NCBI GenBank assembly: GCA_028534125.1
Contig: CM052817.1
Location: forward strand, 41,728,001-41,792,000
Reading direction: 5' to 3'
Source: Lama glama
Lineage: Eukaryota
Length of the DNA: 64,000 nucleotides
Below the pieces are notes generated by a model that was not told the DNA's origin, did not search any database, and saw only the letters and a program-made list of their open reading frames with translations. Within the stretch, counting starts at the first letter, position 1, and every line of letters starts with the position of its first letter. Position numbers and translations under genes: made by a program. This document shows, piece after piece, positions 39,846 through 52,459 of this stretch.

Positions 39846-41699
39846 TATCATCTAAATTAAACAATTCAAACTGACAGAGAATTAAAAGGCCTTTGGCAAT
39901 AACTTATGTATTCACAATAAGTCTTGGTTTTAAACACAAAGAAACCAGAGACAAGAGAGAAAATATATATTTTACAAAGCAATTTAACGAAATCAAACTT
40001 TCATTATCTAAAAGATAGGTAATTGGAATGATTCACTCCAACACTTATAGCCCATATTGAATATTCTATTGGCAAGAATTGAATTAGTTCCACATTTTGA
40101 CCATCTGTTTTATTATTAATAATACTTACTATTAATTAAGAATTTACTTAATGTAAAATCATATACTGGAGGGCTTCATTAGATACTCATTAAAACCAAC
40201 TTCATTTCAGGGCTGGTCTCCAGAAAACTGGAAAGAAAGCAGTTCTCCAGAACTGAGTTCCCCCCATACTTAGTCTTCTGCTAATCCCTTCTAGTCTACA
40301 ATGTTCTCTTTTATCTTTTTTTCACTTTTATTTGAAATTAACAATTTTAACCATTGTTAATATCTGATAAGGCTAGATTATTTGATTGTCTCATGCATAC
40401 TTACTTTAACTAAGAACTGAAATCTTAAAACATGAGACTGAATCTATCAACCTGTCTCTGATTTGTTCTCCAAAAATCATCTCACCTGTATCATTTACAA
40501 CTCTATCTACATGGTTTATTTACCAGAGACATGAAGAGATAGTAAGAGGGAATCAAACCCAGAGCATTTGCAAGGGCAAGTGGAGATATTCATTTCTTAA
40601 GCTCACTAATCAAAGTAAAGTAAAATAAAATAAAAATGTAACCAAGAAATTTGAGAGTGTTTTAAGGATCTTGAGGCTATAGCACTTTGTAAGTGATGAC
40701 ACTTCTTTCCCATAATTTTCAGTAACTTGAGCAGAAAAACTTGTTCAACAGATGGGGTGTATTTAAAATCTCCAACCATCTTTCATATATTTGGAGTAAA
40801 CAAAGAACACTAACAGTTTGAAAATTACCTTCTTCAGACAGACAACTTGATCCTACTGTTAAAATACTATGTTTTAAATTAAAATTGAACCTATAGTTCC
40901 TGAGACTTTCATACTCACATTATTTAAAACTCAATTTTAAATAATGCGAGTATCTTTCAAATATTCCTCTGATGGCTATTAGAATGTGGGGAAGACGTTC
41001 AGAAAATAAGTCCCACTTCCTTTCTTCCTGCTTCCCAAAAAATGCCCCTGTAAATCAAATTTATGGAGTTGAATATAAAAAATTAAGCATATTATAAGCA
41101 CAATAATGAGATTTATAACTGGAGAATAAAAAATAAAACCTTCAAGAGTCAACCTGCTGCTTGTGATTTAAAGTGAAGGACCAATTGATTAGATAGATGT
41201 TACCACCCAAGGGTTGAAATGGTTTCTTCTTTGTTCTTTAATCTCCATTCTGAAAATGTTGCTCCTAAATAGGATTTTAAATAAAATTTTACATCTGTTG
41301 CCTCAGAATCTGAATTAAAACTTGACAGTGAAGATACCAGTTGACAAGTGTTCCCACATTCTAAGGAGAGATGCTAGGCAGGTGGATTTACTGAGGAGCT
41401 AGACAGATCCCTCTCTCCATCAAACGCTCTCTTTTCTCTTCCCTGCTAAAAGACAAATAGAGAGTTATGAAGAGAAAAATTTGTGGGATACAGAGAGCTT
41501 TGTTTTGCTCTTTTCCCCTAGGATGGGTGACTGGAGTGGTATAAGGCAGTATAGCCAGGAGGCAGTGGTCGGCAGTGAGGCAGGATAAGAATGCTTCCAT
41601 TCTCGTGGGTCAAGCCTTCAGGTGGAAGGTTTGAGAACTTCCCTCTCCTCTTATTTATATTAGAAGACATCTTATTGGGACAAAAGGAACTCAGCCCTC

Positions 41700-41865
41700 C
41701 AAATAAAAGGCAATATTACAGACTATGTGCCAGGCACTGTTCTAAGCACTTTATATGTCAAATTAGTGTAGCTACGAGTGGAGGGTACAGTTCCAAGTTT
41801 ACAAATGGGAAGTTCAGATATCTGGTAAATTTCCCAGTGTCACAGAGGTAGTTAATGCCCCATAA
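41700..41865 (-). mobile_element. MIR SINE fragment
   Basis: actatgtgccaggcactgttctaagcactttatatg...ttttacaaatggga...gtcacagaggtagttaatg. Confidence 0.8.
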
Positions 41866-41884
41866 TATTCTTCCTTAAGTCTAA

Positions 41885-42160
41885 TGGATTGTATGGTGGG
41901 AGAAAGAAATTGAACTGGTATTGCAAAGAGATTAACTAGAAATTGCATCAATTATACTGAGATGCTGTATAGTGGGTATTGCCATGGTTGGAATGGGTGA
42001 GGAGAGGTCCTCTGAATAGCCCAGTGGCATATTCCATGAGGGAGATCATCTTTTGGACATGACTCATAACCAAAAGAATTGGTTGAAACTGATGCTGAAT
42101 ATAACTGCACCAATCACAAAAGACCATTCTCCCCTCTTTCTCCAACATGAGGAACCAGAT
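41885..42160. mobile_element. Old MaLR (MLT1-like) LTR fragment
   Basis: gtattgccatggttggaatggg...ccatgagggagatcatc...caccaatcacaaaagaccattctccc; tentative. Confidence 0.4.
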
Positions 42161-42829
42161 ACAGAGGGAGACTGGTTCAAAAGAATATAAAATAAGCCAC
42201 AAAACAGATCACAGCTTCCTACACCAAATGTAAGGTGAGACCTTATCTGATAATAATAATTGCACATTAGACTAAAGGTTTGATTAAGACTGGACAGGAC
42301 TTTCAAAAACTGAAAGTGAAATTGAATTAACATAAGACTATTTTTAGTGGGAAAAAATCCCCAGAAAACTAAGTCTGTGATATGGTCCAAGGAAAAGGAA
42401 GGCAGATTCCACAGAACAAATCTGAAACCAGTGGTTAGAGAAAAATAAAATTTACCTTTTTTTGTATATCCCACTGAATTCAGCCCATTCAAAAGCTAAT
42501 TGTTCCTTTCTCTCTTTCATATCTTTATTCTCCACCAGATCTTGAGGTTATGTTTCCAAGGCCTTCCCCAAAGTTCTGGAAACTTCTAGTGGTCTAATAT
42601 TCTCCAGGTTCTAGAATTCCCAAGGGCTCCTTCCGTATTGGGTTACATGGATGCAGGCATGACAATTAGCCCTTTGTCAGTTGGCACACACCGAAATGTC
42701 TCCCACACAAAGCATTCACGAGCTTAGTTGACTTCACTGAGTACGTGATAGTTACTGGTCAGGATCACATTATGCATTTTATATGTTTTGTCATCTGTTA
42801 ATTTACCTTTGGCTAGTCCCATGCTACAT

Positions 42830-43225
42830 TACATTCTCTTTCTAATTTCATCCTGTTTTTATGCTTTACTTTTCCCTTTCAACATTTCAGGAATAGCTCT
42901 CTCTTTTTCTCTGCTTCTATATCACTAGGTCCCTAGGCAACTGAAGAAGTGGGCAGTCCTAATTCTCGCTCAGATGCCTTAGTAGAAATGTCCTCTACTG
43001 CCCCACATTCCAGCATTCCAGGCCCAAACTTTCCAGTCCTACAGGCTTCCCACCTCCTTTCCTTCACTGGCCTCTCATAAATGTTTGCCTCTGGTGCTAA
43101 CCCCTTGTGATTTTTCTTGTTTACCCAACTCACTCCTTTCTGCACACCTGGGTACAACTTGTCTTTCATCCTTTGTTAAATTTCCACCTCATCAACCTCC
43201 TGATTGATGGAACATTAACAAACAT
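42830..43225 (+). mobile_element. LINE-2 fragment
   Basis: caggaatagctctctctttttctctgcttctatatcact...ctggcctctcataaatgtttgcctctggtgc. Confidence 0.5.
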
Positions 43226-43389
43226 ATGCATGTACAGAATTCACAACAGAGATTTCCCTCTGCCACAGGAAGGGATACACATAATACACATTCAATAGAG
43301 AGAAGAACTATTTTTCATAATCATAGTATTAACTGGGAGTAGATAGGGAAAGGAACTAAAACACTATCATGCAGAGTTTCCAAAGGTTT

Positions 43390-43590
43390 TATTTTTCATA
43401 AAAATTTCAGAGTTGGAACACATTTTAGACATAATCCATTTTAATACTCTCAGTATAAGAACAAAGAAACTGAAACCCGGGTAGAATAAATAGCTTGCTG
43501 ATGACCGCATAGCTAGTTAGAGGTTAGAGCAGAATCTTTCAACTTCCAATGCTATTCTGGGGTTATTTCCATTACACAACACTGCCTTTC
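43390..43590 (-). mobile_element. MIR SINE
   Basis: tttcagagttggaac...aagaaactgaaacccgggtag...gaccgcatagctagttag...tttccattacacaacactgcct. Confidence 0.75.
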
Positions 43591-43699
43591 TTTGTATTCT
43601 AATGGTTCAGGCATTATTAATATCCCTAAATATGCAATATTCTTTTATTCTTATGGCCATTTGCATGGCTGAGAAAGAGAGGACAAAAAATATGGCTGA

Positions 43700-45222
43700 T
43701 AACTAAAATTCATCTGGAATCTCAAGGCACCCCAAATAGCCAAAACAACTCTGAAAAAGAACAAAGTTGGAGGTCTCATATTTCCTGATTTCAAAACTTA
43801 ATACAAAGTAATCAAACAGTTATGGTGCCAGCATAAAGAGAGACATACAGACCAACAGAATGGGAGAGCTCAGAAATAAACCCTCACATGTATGGTCAAA
43901 TGATTTTCAACAAGGGTACCAAGTCATTCAATGGAGAAACAACAGTCTTTCAAATGGTGTTGAGAAAACTGGATATCCAAATGCAGAAGAATGAAGTTAG
44001 ACCCTTACCCTATAGCATAATCTAAAATTGAACTCAAAATGGATCAATGACCTAAACATAAGATCTGGAAATATAGAACTCTTAGAAGAAACGGAGAAAA
44101 ACTTCATGACACTGATTTTGGCAATGATTTCTTAGATATGACACCAAAAGCATAGGCAAAAAAATCTAGATAAATTGGACTTCATCAAAATTACAAATTT
44201 TGCACATCAAAGGACACTACCAACAGAGTGAAAAAGCAGTTCGTAAAATGGAAAATATTTTCAAATCATATATATGATAAGAGATTAATATCCATAATAT
44301 ATAAAAGAACTTCTATAGTTCAACAACAAAAATACAAACAACTCCTATTAACAAATAAGGCAAAGAACTTGTATAAACATTTTTCCAAGGAAAACATACA
44401 AATGGCCAATAAGCACATGAAAAGATGCTCAACATCCCTAATCATTAGGGCAATGTAAATCAAAACCACAAGAAGATACTACTTCATATCAACCAAGATG
44501 ACTACTATAAAAAACCAAAACCAAAACCAAAACCAAAAATAAAAAGTGTCTTCAAGGATGTGGAGAAATTAGAGCATTGCTTGTGGGAAATTTAAATGGT
44601 AGAGCCCCTATGAAAAACAGTATAGCAGTTCCTCAAAAAGTGAAATATAGAACTGCCATATGATCCAGCAATTCCACTTCTGGGTATATGCCCAGATAAT
44701 TGAGAGCAAGGACTTGAACAGATATGTTGACACCCATATTCATAGCATATACACAACAGCCAAAAGGTAGAAGCAACCCAAGTGCCCATTGACAGACGAA
44801 TGGATAAACAAAATGTGGTATATCCATACAATGGAACATTACTCAGTTTTAACAAGGAATAGAATTCTGACCCATGTGACAACCTGGATGAACCTTAAAG
44901 ACACCATGCTAAGTGAAGTAAGTAGTCACAAAATGATAAATAGCATGTGACTTTACTTACATGAGGTACCCAGAGTAGTCAAATGTATAGAGGTAGAAAG
45001 TAGAAGGTTGGTTCCCAGGGGTGGAGGCTAGTTATTGTGAAATGAGAAGTTTTGGTTTAATGGGTACAAAGTTTCTGTTCAGAAAGATGAAAAAGTCCTG
45101 GAGATGGATGGTATGAATAGCTGCTCAACCATATGAATGTACTTAATGCCATTAAACTGTATAAGTAAAAAAAAGTAAAAAAGCAAATTTTATGTTCCAT
45201 GTATTTTACCACAATATAAAAT
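43700..45222 (+). mobile_element. LINE-1 (L1MB-like) ORF2 C-terminus plus 3'UTR, 5'-truncated
   Basis: LKFIWN at the start; ORF 44228-44458 KIFSNHIYDKRLISIIYK...[23 protein letters not shown]; tatgatccagcaattccacttctgggtat; 3'UTR aatgggtacaaagtttctgtt...gatgaaaaagtcctggagatggatgg. Confidence 0.95.
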
Positions 45223-45508
45223 GTTGGTCAATAATTACAGTTGTATCTCATTAATTCTTAATCAAAACCATTCATTCAAAATATTTACATATTCAAGGTC
45301 CCAAAACCAAAAGCTAAAAGCTGCGAGGATACAAGGAAAAATATTAACCATTTCTTAAAGAAAATTACAAAATAGTAGAACAGAAAAAAATCATCATGTA
45401 AACAAAAGAATTGCAATGTATATAAAATGATAAGAGAATTAACAGAATTTGAGTGATCTAGGAACACCATGACTACAAGAGGTTAGGAGCCTAAAAGCGA
45501 AGAAAATG

Positions 45509-45600
45509 CAGAATAAAGGTATGACCACAAGAAATTATGGTTTAGGCTAAACCATACAGAATAAAGGTATGACCACAGGAAATTATGGTTAGGCTTAAAC
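45509..45600. repeat. 48-bp tandem duplication (2 copies)
   Basis: cagaataaaggtatgaccacaagaaattatggtttaggctaaac at 45509 and cagaataaaggtatgaccacaggaaattatggttaggcttaaac at 45557. Confidence 0.95.
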
Positions 45601-45699
45601 AGCAGTTCTGTTTGTCTGCAGTACAGAGTAACAGAAAGACAAATAGAAAATAAAAGTAGATGGAGTGATCTTGGAGAGTCACTGGACTATGCTGGGCTA

Positions 45700-46030
45700 T
45701 GGAAATTGAAAGCAACTCAGTCAGAAGAAGTGTTCAGCCACTCTCCATTCCCTGGGAACTTTGATGCTAGGGTCTCTACTTCAGCTGTCCAAAAAGAAAA
45801 ATCAGACGGTACCATTAAGGTTTGACAGGAGATACGATGCTTGATGAGTGTGACTACTGCTTCTTCTTGCTTAGCTCTTCCCTGTTTGTTGGTGTCTATG
45901 TCACTTGTAGAAACCTAGTTGCAAGAGAGTCTGGAAATATGTAATGTTATTTTCCAGATTCTAGAATATGAGAAGTTATAACAGAAAGGGGTTGGAATGG
46001 ATGTTGAGTGAGACACCCCGCTATAGGTAC
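45700..46030. mobile_element. Old MaLR/ERVL LTR fragment
   Basis: cctagttgcaagagagtctggaaatatgtaatg...gaaaggggttggaatggatgttgagtgagac. Confidence 0.5.
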
Positions 46031-46039
46031 CGGAAAACT

Positions 46040-46600
46040 GAAGTTGATAAGCGTTGAATATTGTGGGAGATGAGGTGAGAAGAATGGTATTATTTTTAGG
46101 ATGATTTCCATGTTCCTGGACTTTTCAAGTAGTGCTGAGGAAATATGGGGCTAGGATCAGGTTGGAACAGCGGAAAATGAAAAATGATAAGGTCTGTTTT
46201 GGATAAGCTGAGTTTAAAGTACCTGTAGAACAACTGAGTGAGGATTTCTAACAGCACTTGATGACATGATTCTGGAGTTCAGAGGTGAGAGCTGAGATGA
46301 AGAAAGATCTGTGAGCCCTGGGTATGAGATGAAAGCTTGGGTGGCAGGGGAAGAAGTATCCAGGGTAGACTAAGCTTCATGAGAAAGGAATATACAAACA
46401 TGAATAAAACTCCGAGACATATTTAAGAGGCTCGCAGTGACGTGAGACACTACTAGGAAAAAAAGGACCAGGTTGAGGGGTAGGAGGGAGAGTTTGCAAA
46501 AGGCAAAAAGCTTAAACAACTAATACTGTCAAATGCTACAAAAAGAATTCAATCAAGTCTTAGAAGTGAGCAACAGATTCAGCCATGGTTAACAATTCTA
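46040..46600 (-). mobile_element. LINE-2 internal fragment
   Basis: aggatgatttccatgttcctgg...tctgttttggataagctgagtttaaagtacctgtagaacaac...ctggagttcagagg...ctgtcaaatgctac. Confidence 0.8.
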
Positions 46601-49573
46601 ACCCCAGACATCTCATAAATTTGAGATATACAAGCAGTATATTTAAAAATAATTTAATGACATTTTCATATTATCAGTATTTAGAAAATATTTTTAAAAT
46701 ATTGATAATAATTCAGAATCATTTGCCACTTCACAATTCATAATGATGGGTATCAAAACAAGTTTTACTCTTTAAATGTTCACTTTTCCTTTAAGGAATC
46801 CTTAAGCATTTAGAATCCTCAAGGAATAAATAAGATTACTACAGATAAAAGTTCCATATTTTCAGCATTGGTTTAAACAGTAGATGCTGACCCCAAATGC
46901 AAATGATAACCAGTATTTTTCCTTTTGTTTGGTGATTCTTTATGAAAAATCAGAAGCTATTAACAATAAATTAAAATTTAAGTAATAAGAAGGTACATTC
47001 AGAGAGGTAACTTTTTCAAAGCATTTAAAATTTCAAAAAAATTTAAACGATTTAAAAATAGAACAAATGTATAGCTGGAGAGACAAAAGAATTGGATAAA
47101 AAAAAAGAAAACTAATGAAAAGTCACTAAGTTCTAGCTTTATCCTAATAACAAGAAATACATGTCAGAGAGCACATTAATTATTTGACTCGGTTTTGACA
47201 AGAGCAAATGAGTATCTTTGAGAATCAAAAACAGTCAATGATTTTGAGGAGTAATCATAAAAAAAACTAAACAGAATTTTTTGGAAACTTTGAAAAAGAA
47301 AAATTCTCTAGCTTTTGACAGAGATTGCTAAGAATTTTCAAAGTATACATAAAGTAACTTAAAATATATCTTGAAGGTCCCGTAACTATTCTGTACAGTA
47401 TCAAAATGCAACAGTAATGGTTCTGCCTTAAAAATGTTCAGTGCAAACACTGAAATAGCCAAGGAGATAAAGTCTCACTTTTCTCTTAATCTGAGCTGAG
47501 AATTGGTCTATGCATATTCAAAATGATGTTGCACAATTTAGTGCAGCTGTTCATTTCGAGCAGATGAGAGGAAATCATTAAAGCAATGTCCAACCACCTG
47601 ACTTCCACCTTCAAATAGAAGAAGTGGCAGAGAGCAGGGAGATGGTTTACATGCCAATAAAGGGAAGAGGGTGACAAAATGTAAATTTCTTTGTGATATC
47701 TGTGAATGTTTTTGTAAAATGCAGTTGGCAGCTTTCCAGCTTTCCTTGAGGGGGCCCCACATTTATAATTTCAGCAGCTAAAATTCACATAATTACAATT
47801 TCAATTTCACTTTGAGGATATTGTTAGGCTTCTTTTGTGCTTGATCGATTGAACAGCTGTGTCTTCAAGTTGAAGTGTCTACTCACTATTTCAAACATTT
47901 TAAGAAAATAAAATGAAGCTCATATTTGGGACTACTATTAAAAGGAAAAAAATACTCTCATGCCCTTGGAAGATGAGGGGACTGCTTTATTATTTGCTCT
48001 CAAGAACAACACATGCAATGCATATTTGAAGCCAACACAGCTGCAGGACACACTTACCATACCAATTCTGTCTACTCAGTGTCCTTTCTAGCTTTTATAT
48101 AGATTCAGTTTAAGACACATGAAATGTAGTTACTTCCATGATTCCAGAATATTTGTTTTTAAAATCAGTATTTTAGTAATGTTGCATTAGGTACCAATGG
48201 AAGATAGCTTATCTTAGTACTTTCCAGTGTCCTTTTAATTTTCTACTGATATTTTATCCTCAGATAATCACTTATTTATATCAGAAAATTTCACGATAGA
48301 TGAATCAGACATAAAACACAGAGTGACCAAAAACCTGAGAAAAGGAGAGAGAACACGAACCACAAACACATTATTTAGTATAAAGTTCAACAAGACCTAA
48401 TAAAAACTATTGGGACTTTGGAGCACTGCAGAGTTTACAAAAATTCCATGAGCCATCTACACTGACGAATAAATACTACCTAAATACCTGCCATCTAACT
48501 TTATGCCTTTTTTTGTGCCTCTCTTTTTCCTGAGAACATAATGAATCACTAAATGTGCTTCATCTTCCTTCAACAGGAGCAATCAGACAGATACACATGA
48601 ATCCAACAGCGTACTGATGTTGTCTACCTTGTTAGTCAGCTTTTAGAAGATGCCCATCATTCCCCAGTGCTCCAGCATCATGGAGCTTTAATGATCCGGT
48701 TAGCCATAATTTGAAGCAAATATTATACTTGAAATGTAGTAACTACAACAAGTAAGCACCTGAAATTAAACCAACTTAATGCTTGTCTACTACATTCATA
48801 TACAAAAATGAATTCTCTTTAATTAGCATTCTATGCATACCCACATACACATTATAGACATTACTGATATGTAAGCAAATTGGACACAGACTTCATGTCA
48901 GTGAATAATTTCATAAAACACTCACGTGAGATGTCCAGCAAGAAAAGAACACTAGACTGCTGTCTAATTTATTGAGAAAAAATACCTTAGACTATGAAAA
49001 AAATTTCAATATTGGAGTGTAATATTTCAAGTGATAAACAGTAATTTTAGTGAAAGTCAAAACCATTTTAATATAAAAATATAGTATCTCTTGATACCAT
49101 TGTGAATATCCATCTTGTATTATAAAAAGCATTGTATAACTGAGTAACCTCTTTTGAAACAGTTTCTAATTTTCCCTTTGCTCTCAGACATCAGCTGTCC
49201 CTTCACACTTTTACGCCTGTGCTTACCACATAAGTACTTTCCTCTAAGAGAACTGGGAAATCAGATACTGAAATTTATAACACACTCTGTTTAAATTAGA
49301 TGGTCAGGATTATGAATAGCCCTTTTTATCTATCAAAAAATTTAATTTTGATTTTATCTTACCTTTCTTAAATATCCTATATTCCAAAAATACCCTAAAT
49401 TTATGCTAATTTTAATTAGTCTTTTTAAAGAATGTGCAGTATCAGTAAAATTAAAACAAATGTATTTTAAATTTGTGACTTTTTCGTTTTAAATAGACAA
49501 ATAAATACATACATATGTTTATTATTTTAGTATTATGTATATATGTTTAAACATATATCAAATATACATTTTT

Positions 49574-49969
49574 ATGGAAGTATACATATTTATTTTATAG
49601 CTGATTTACAATGTTGTGTTAATTTCAGGTGTACAGCAAAATGATTCCATCATACATATATATATTCCTTCTCAGATTCTTTTCCATTATAACTTATAAC
49701 AAGATATTGAATATAGTTCCCTGTGCTATACATTAGGTCCCTGTTGTTTATCTATTTTATATATAGTAGTCTGTATCTGTTAATCCTAAACTCCTAATTT
49801 ATCCCTCCTCCCTCCTTTCCCCCTTGGTAATCATAGTTTGCTTTCTGTCTGTGAGTCTATTTCTGTTTTATAAATAAGTTCATTTGTATCATGCTTTTAA
49901 ATTCCACATATAAGTGATATCATATGATATTAGTCTTTCTCTGTCTGACTTACTTCACTTAGTATGATA
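49574..49969 (-). mobile_element. Cetartiodactyl-type LINE-1 3' tail with target-site duplication
   Basis: tagctgatttacaatgttgtgttaatttcaggtgtacagc...gaatatagttccctgtgctatac...ctgacttacttcacttagtatgata; ATCAAATATA on both flanks (49557-49566, 49970-49979). Confidence 0.9.
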
Positions 49970-50512
49970 ATCAAATATATTTTTTAAAAAATGTGCTAAA
50001 GATGAAATATAGAATAGTTTTAAAAATAAGCATGCTTGATTTCCCCCCCAAATTTACATCTCACACTTTGTGAAATAGTGCTTTAAAAATCTGGTTCTAA
50101 ATTTGGATTAGTTGCCCACTTGCTTTTGATGTCTGTCAGAACTGAAAAAAAGATAACTCACAAACTTACTTAAATGCAAGTAGAAAAATTACAAATCGAG
50201 AAGCATGAACTAAATTAAAACCCTCATTTTTCAATTACATTTACAAATTACACAATAGTTTTGGTTAAAACTTGGTTAGCAAATTTACATCTTCTCTAAT
50301 GTTAATCTGTTTTTCCTGATAAATTAATTGAAAGATATTAGACATTATATTTTTTAATTTTTTAAAACATCTTTTGTTTAATCTACTGTCCACAAAGGAA
50401 GCTTTTTCACATTTAGAAAATGTTTTCAATAATGTGTAGGAAAGACAGTGCTTAAAGAATATAGTTTTTATATTTCACAAATAGCTTCCAAAAGTCACAA
50501 AAACCTCTTCAA

Positions 50513-50752
50513 AATTAGGAGTTTTGAGATTTACAGATACTAACTAATATATATATAAAATAGATAAACAACAAGTGTATACTGTATAGCACAGGGAACC
50601 ACATTCAATATCTTGTAGCAACTTACAGTGAAAAAGAATATGAAAATGAATATATGTATGTTCCTACATGACTGAAGTATTGTGCTGTACACCAGAAATT
50701 AACATAACATTGTAAACTGATTACACTTCAATAAAAATATATTAAAAAAAAA
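50513..50752 (+). mobile_element. LINE-1 3' tail (camelid-like), 5'-truncated
   Basis: ggagttttgagatttacagatactaac...atagataaacaacaag...tgtgctgtacaccagaaattaacataacattgtaaactgattacacttcaataaaa followed by an A-rich tail. Confidence 0.9.
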
Positions 50753-51179
50753 TTTAGAAGATTTAAAGATTTATTTTCTAAAATTTTAAATGCATAGATG
50801 ATTATTTAGAACTGTCCTGAAATTATTCAGCAATGAAGTTACACAGAAGTGAAACAGTTTCAAATCAAATTTCAAAATGCTCTCTCCTATAGCAAACAAG
50901 AGTTGCTTCAAAAAGTGGTTTGTCTTCATGTTCTAGGTGCTTGACTTGCAAATCACTGAAGCTTCATACTTTCATTACTAATATCTGAAGGCTCTGTACA
51001 CACTTTGGTAAGATTTACTGTTAAAGATAGTGGCTGTGAATCTACATTTCCAACTGTTTTCTTGCTAAAATCGAATTATAAAATCTAATTTAAAATCTAC
51101 TTTAGTTTTGCCAACTTCTTGTTATTCTAATTAGTGCATCACTGTTTTTATCTCCAGTGTGAATAATGAGCTGTATCAC

Positions 51180-51265
51180 CTTCCTTTCATCCTTTTTTCC
51201 CTTCCTTTCTTCCTTCTTTCCCCTCCTTTTACCCCTTCTCCCTCCTCCCCTCCTTTTCTTTCATT
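51180..51265. repeat. Polypyrimidine (CT-rich) low-complexity tract
   Basis: About 85 nt of almost pure C/T. Confidence 0.85.
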
Positions 51266-51604
51266 TTGCACAAATAGTTGTCAGTTTCTTGTCCATTTTC
51301 TGAAGGTTAGTTTAATTAAAACTAGATATTGTAATTGATAAATGCATTTGACCTGGCACACATTAACTGCAATATGTCAATATATGCTGAAAGAAAGAAA
51401 ACAAGGTACCGTTGCCAACGGCTAGAATTATTTAATTCCCCCTCTTTCATCAATATATTGTGTTTTTGTTAATAGCCAATGACATATATGCAGATTGGAA
51501 TGGAATATATAGATTGAATGAAAAAAAAACAGTGCCAATCCAGCTAATCCATATTTTAATACTAATAAAGATTAATTTCTTCCTAATTTTTTACATTGAA
51601 AACA

Positions 51605-51775
51605 AACACAAATCTTCTCGGCACAAAAAAGAAATTATAATAATATGATGTGATAGAGGTGTTAACTAAAGCTACAGTCTTAACCATATTGCAGTATACA
51701 AATGTAATAAATCAACTCATTGTATACCTTAAACTTACACAATGTTATATGTCAATTTTATCTCAATTAAAATAA
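51605..51775 (+). mobile_element. LINE-1 (L1MA-like) 3' tail
   Basis: cacaaaaaagaaattataataatatgatgtgatagaggtgttaactaa...ttgtataccttaaacttacacaatgttatatgtcaattttatctcaat. Confidence 0.85.
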
Positions 51776-52059
51776 GTAAAACCTAAATATACATATGAAT
51801 TCTAATGTTTTCTCCATGCCCCACACTGGCTTATTTTGCCCACCCTTGAGGTTTGTGCTTTGGAGACCACTGATATGAACATTGAGGTGACATGATTTTT
51901 GAACAGGAGGATAATATCGATAGATCAGTGTTCTAGAATGTTCACTCTGTGTAGAGAATAAATTTGAGTAGGCAATATAATAGATCAATAAGAAGGCAAT
52001 TTATAATTTTTAATTTTTTACTACATATGTAATCTAGCTGAATAAAAATGAAGCCCTAA

Positions 52060-52340
52060 ACTACAACAATCAGAAGGAAGGAGGAAAGGAAATAGATGGC
52101 TAAGGTGGAGTCACTGGAAATGGAGAGGTGAAGGGGAGACAACTTGAAGACGCCTCCTTAGGAGTCTTACCTGTACCACTTGGCAGTAGCCCTGCAATTC
52201 ATCAAAACATGGCACAGGAAAAGGAGGTTTGGGTGTGAGGAATTAAGCATCCGCTTTTATCTGTGGTTGATATACAAGTAGGGCATGCAGCAGAATACAG
52301 AAGTGTGGAGCTGAGAAAAGAGCTTTGGGATAAAAATTAA
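52060..52340 (-). mobile_element. LINE-2 fragment
   Basis: acaggaaaaggaggtttggg...gaagtgtggagctgagaaaagagctttggg. Confidence 0.55.
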
Positions 52341-52459
52341 GCAATCATTTTACAGTCTTAAGTAGACAGCAAAGGCAAGGGGCATTGTCTGTGAAGGCCA
52401 CTGATAACATAAGGCAAAGGAAAGAAGAGGCTCTACGTCTTTTATTAACAAGTTTGACA

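Noticed and set aside
19330..43770. L1 at 16402-19409 and L1 at 43700-45222 as two halves of one split element
   Set aside because: They overlap by about 70 nt in the LKFIWN region with many differences and look like different subfamilies; the matching breakpoints are probably coincidence.
45509..45600. Direct repeats as a CRISPR-like array
   Set aside because: Only two adjacent copies, no spacers, and a mammalian context.
47835..47846. TTGTGCTTGATC, the first 12 nt of miR-218
   Set aside because: The match stops after 12 nt and there is no complementary star arm.
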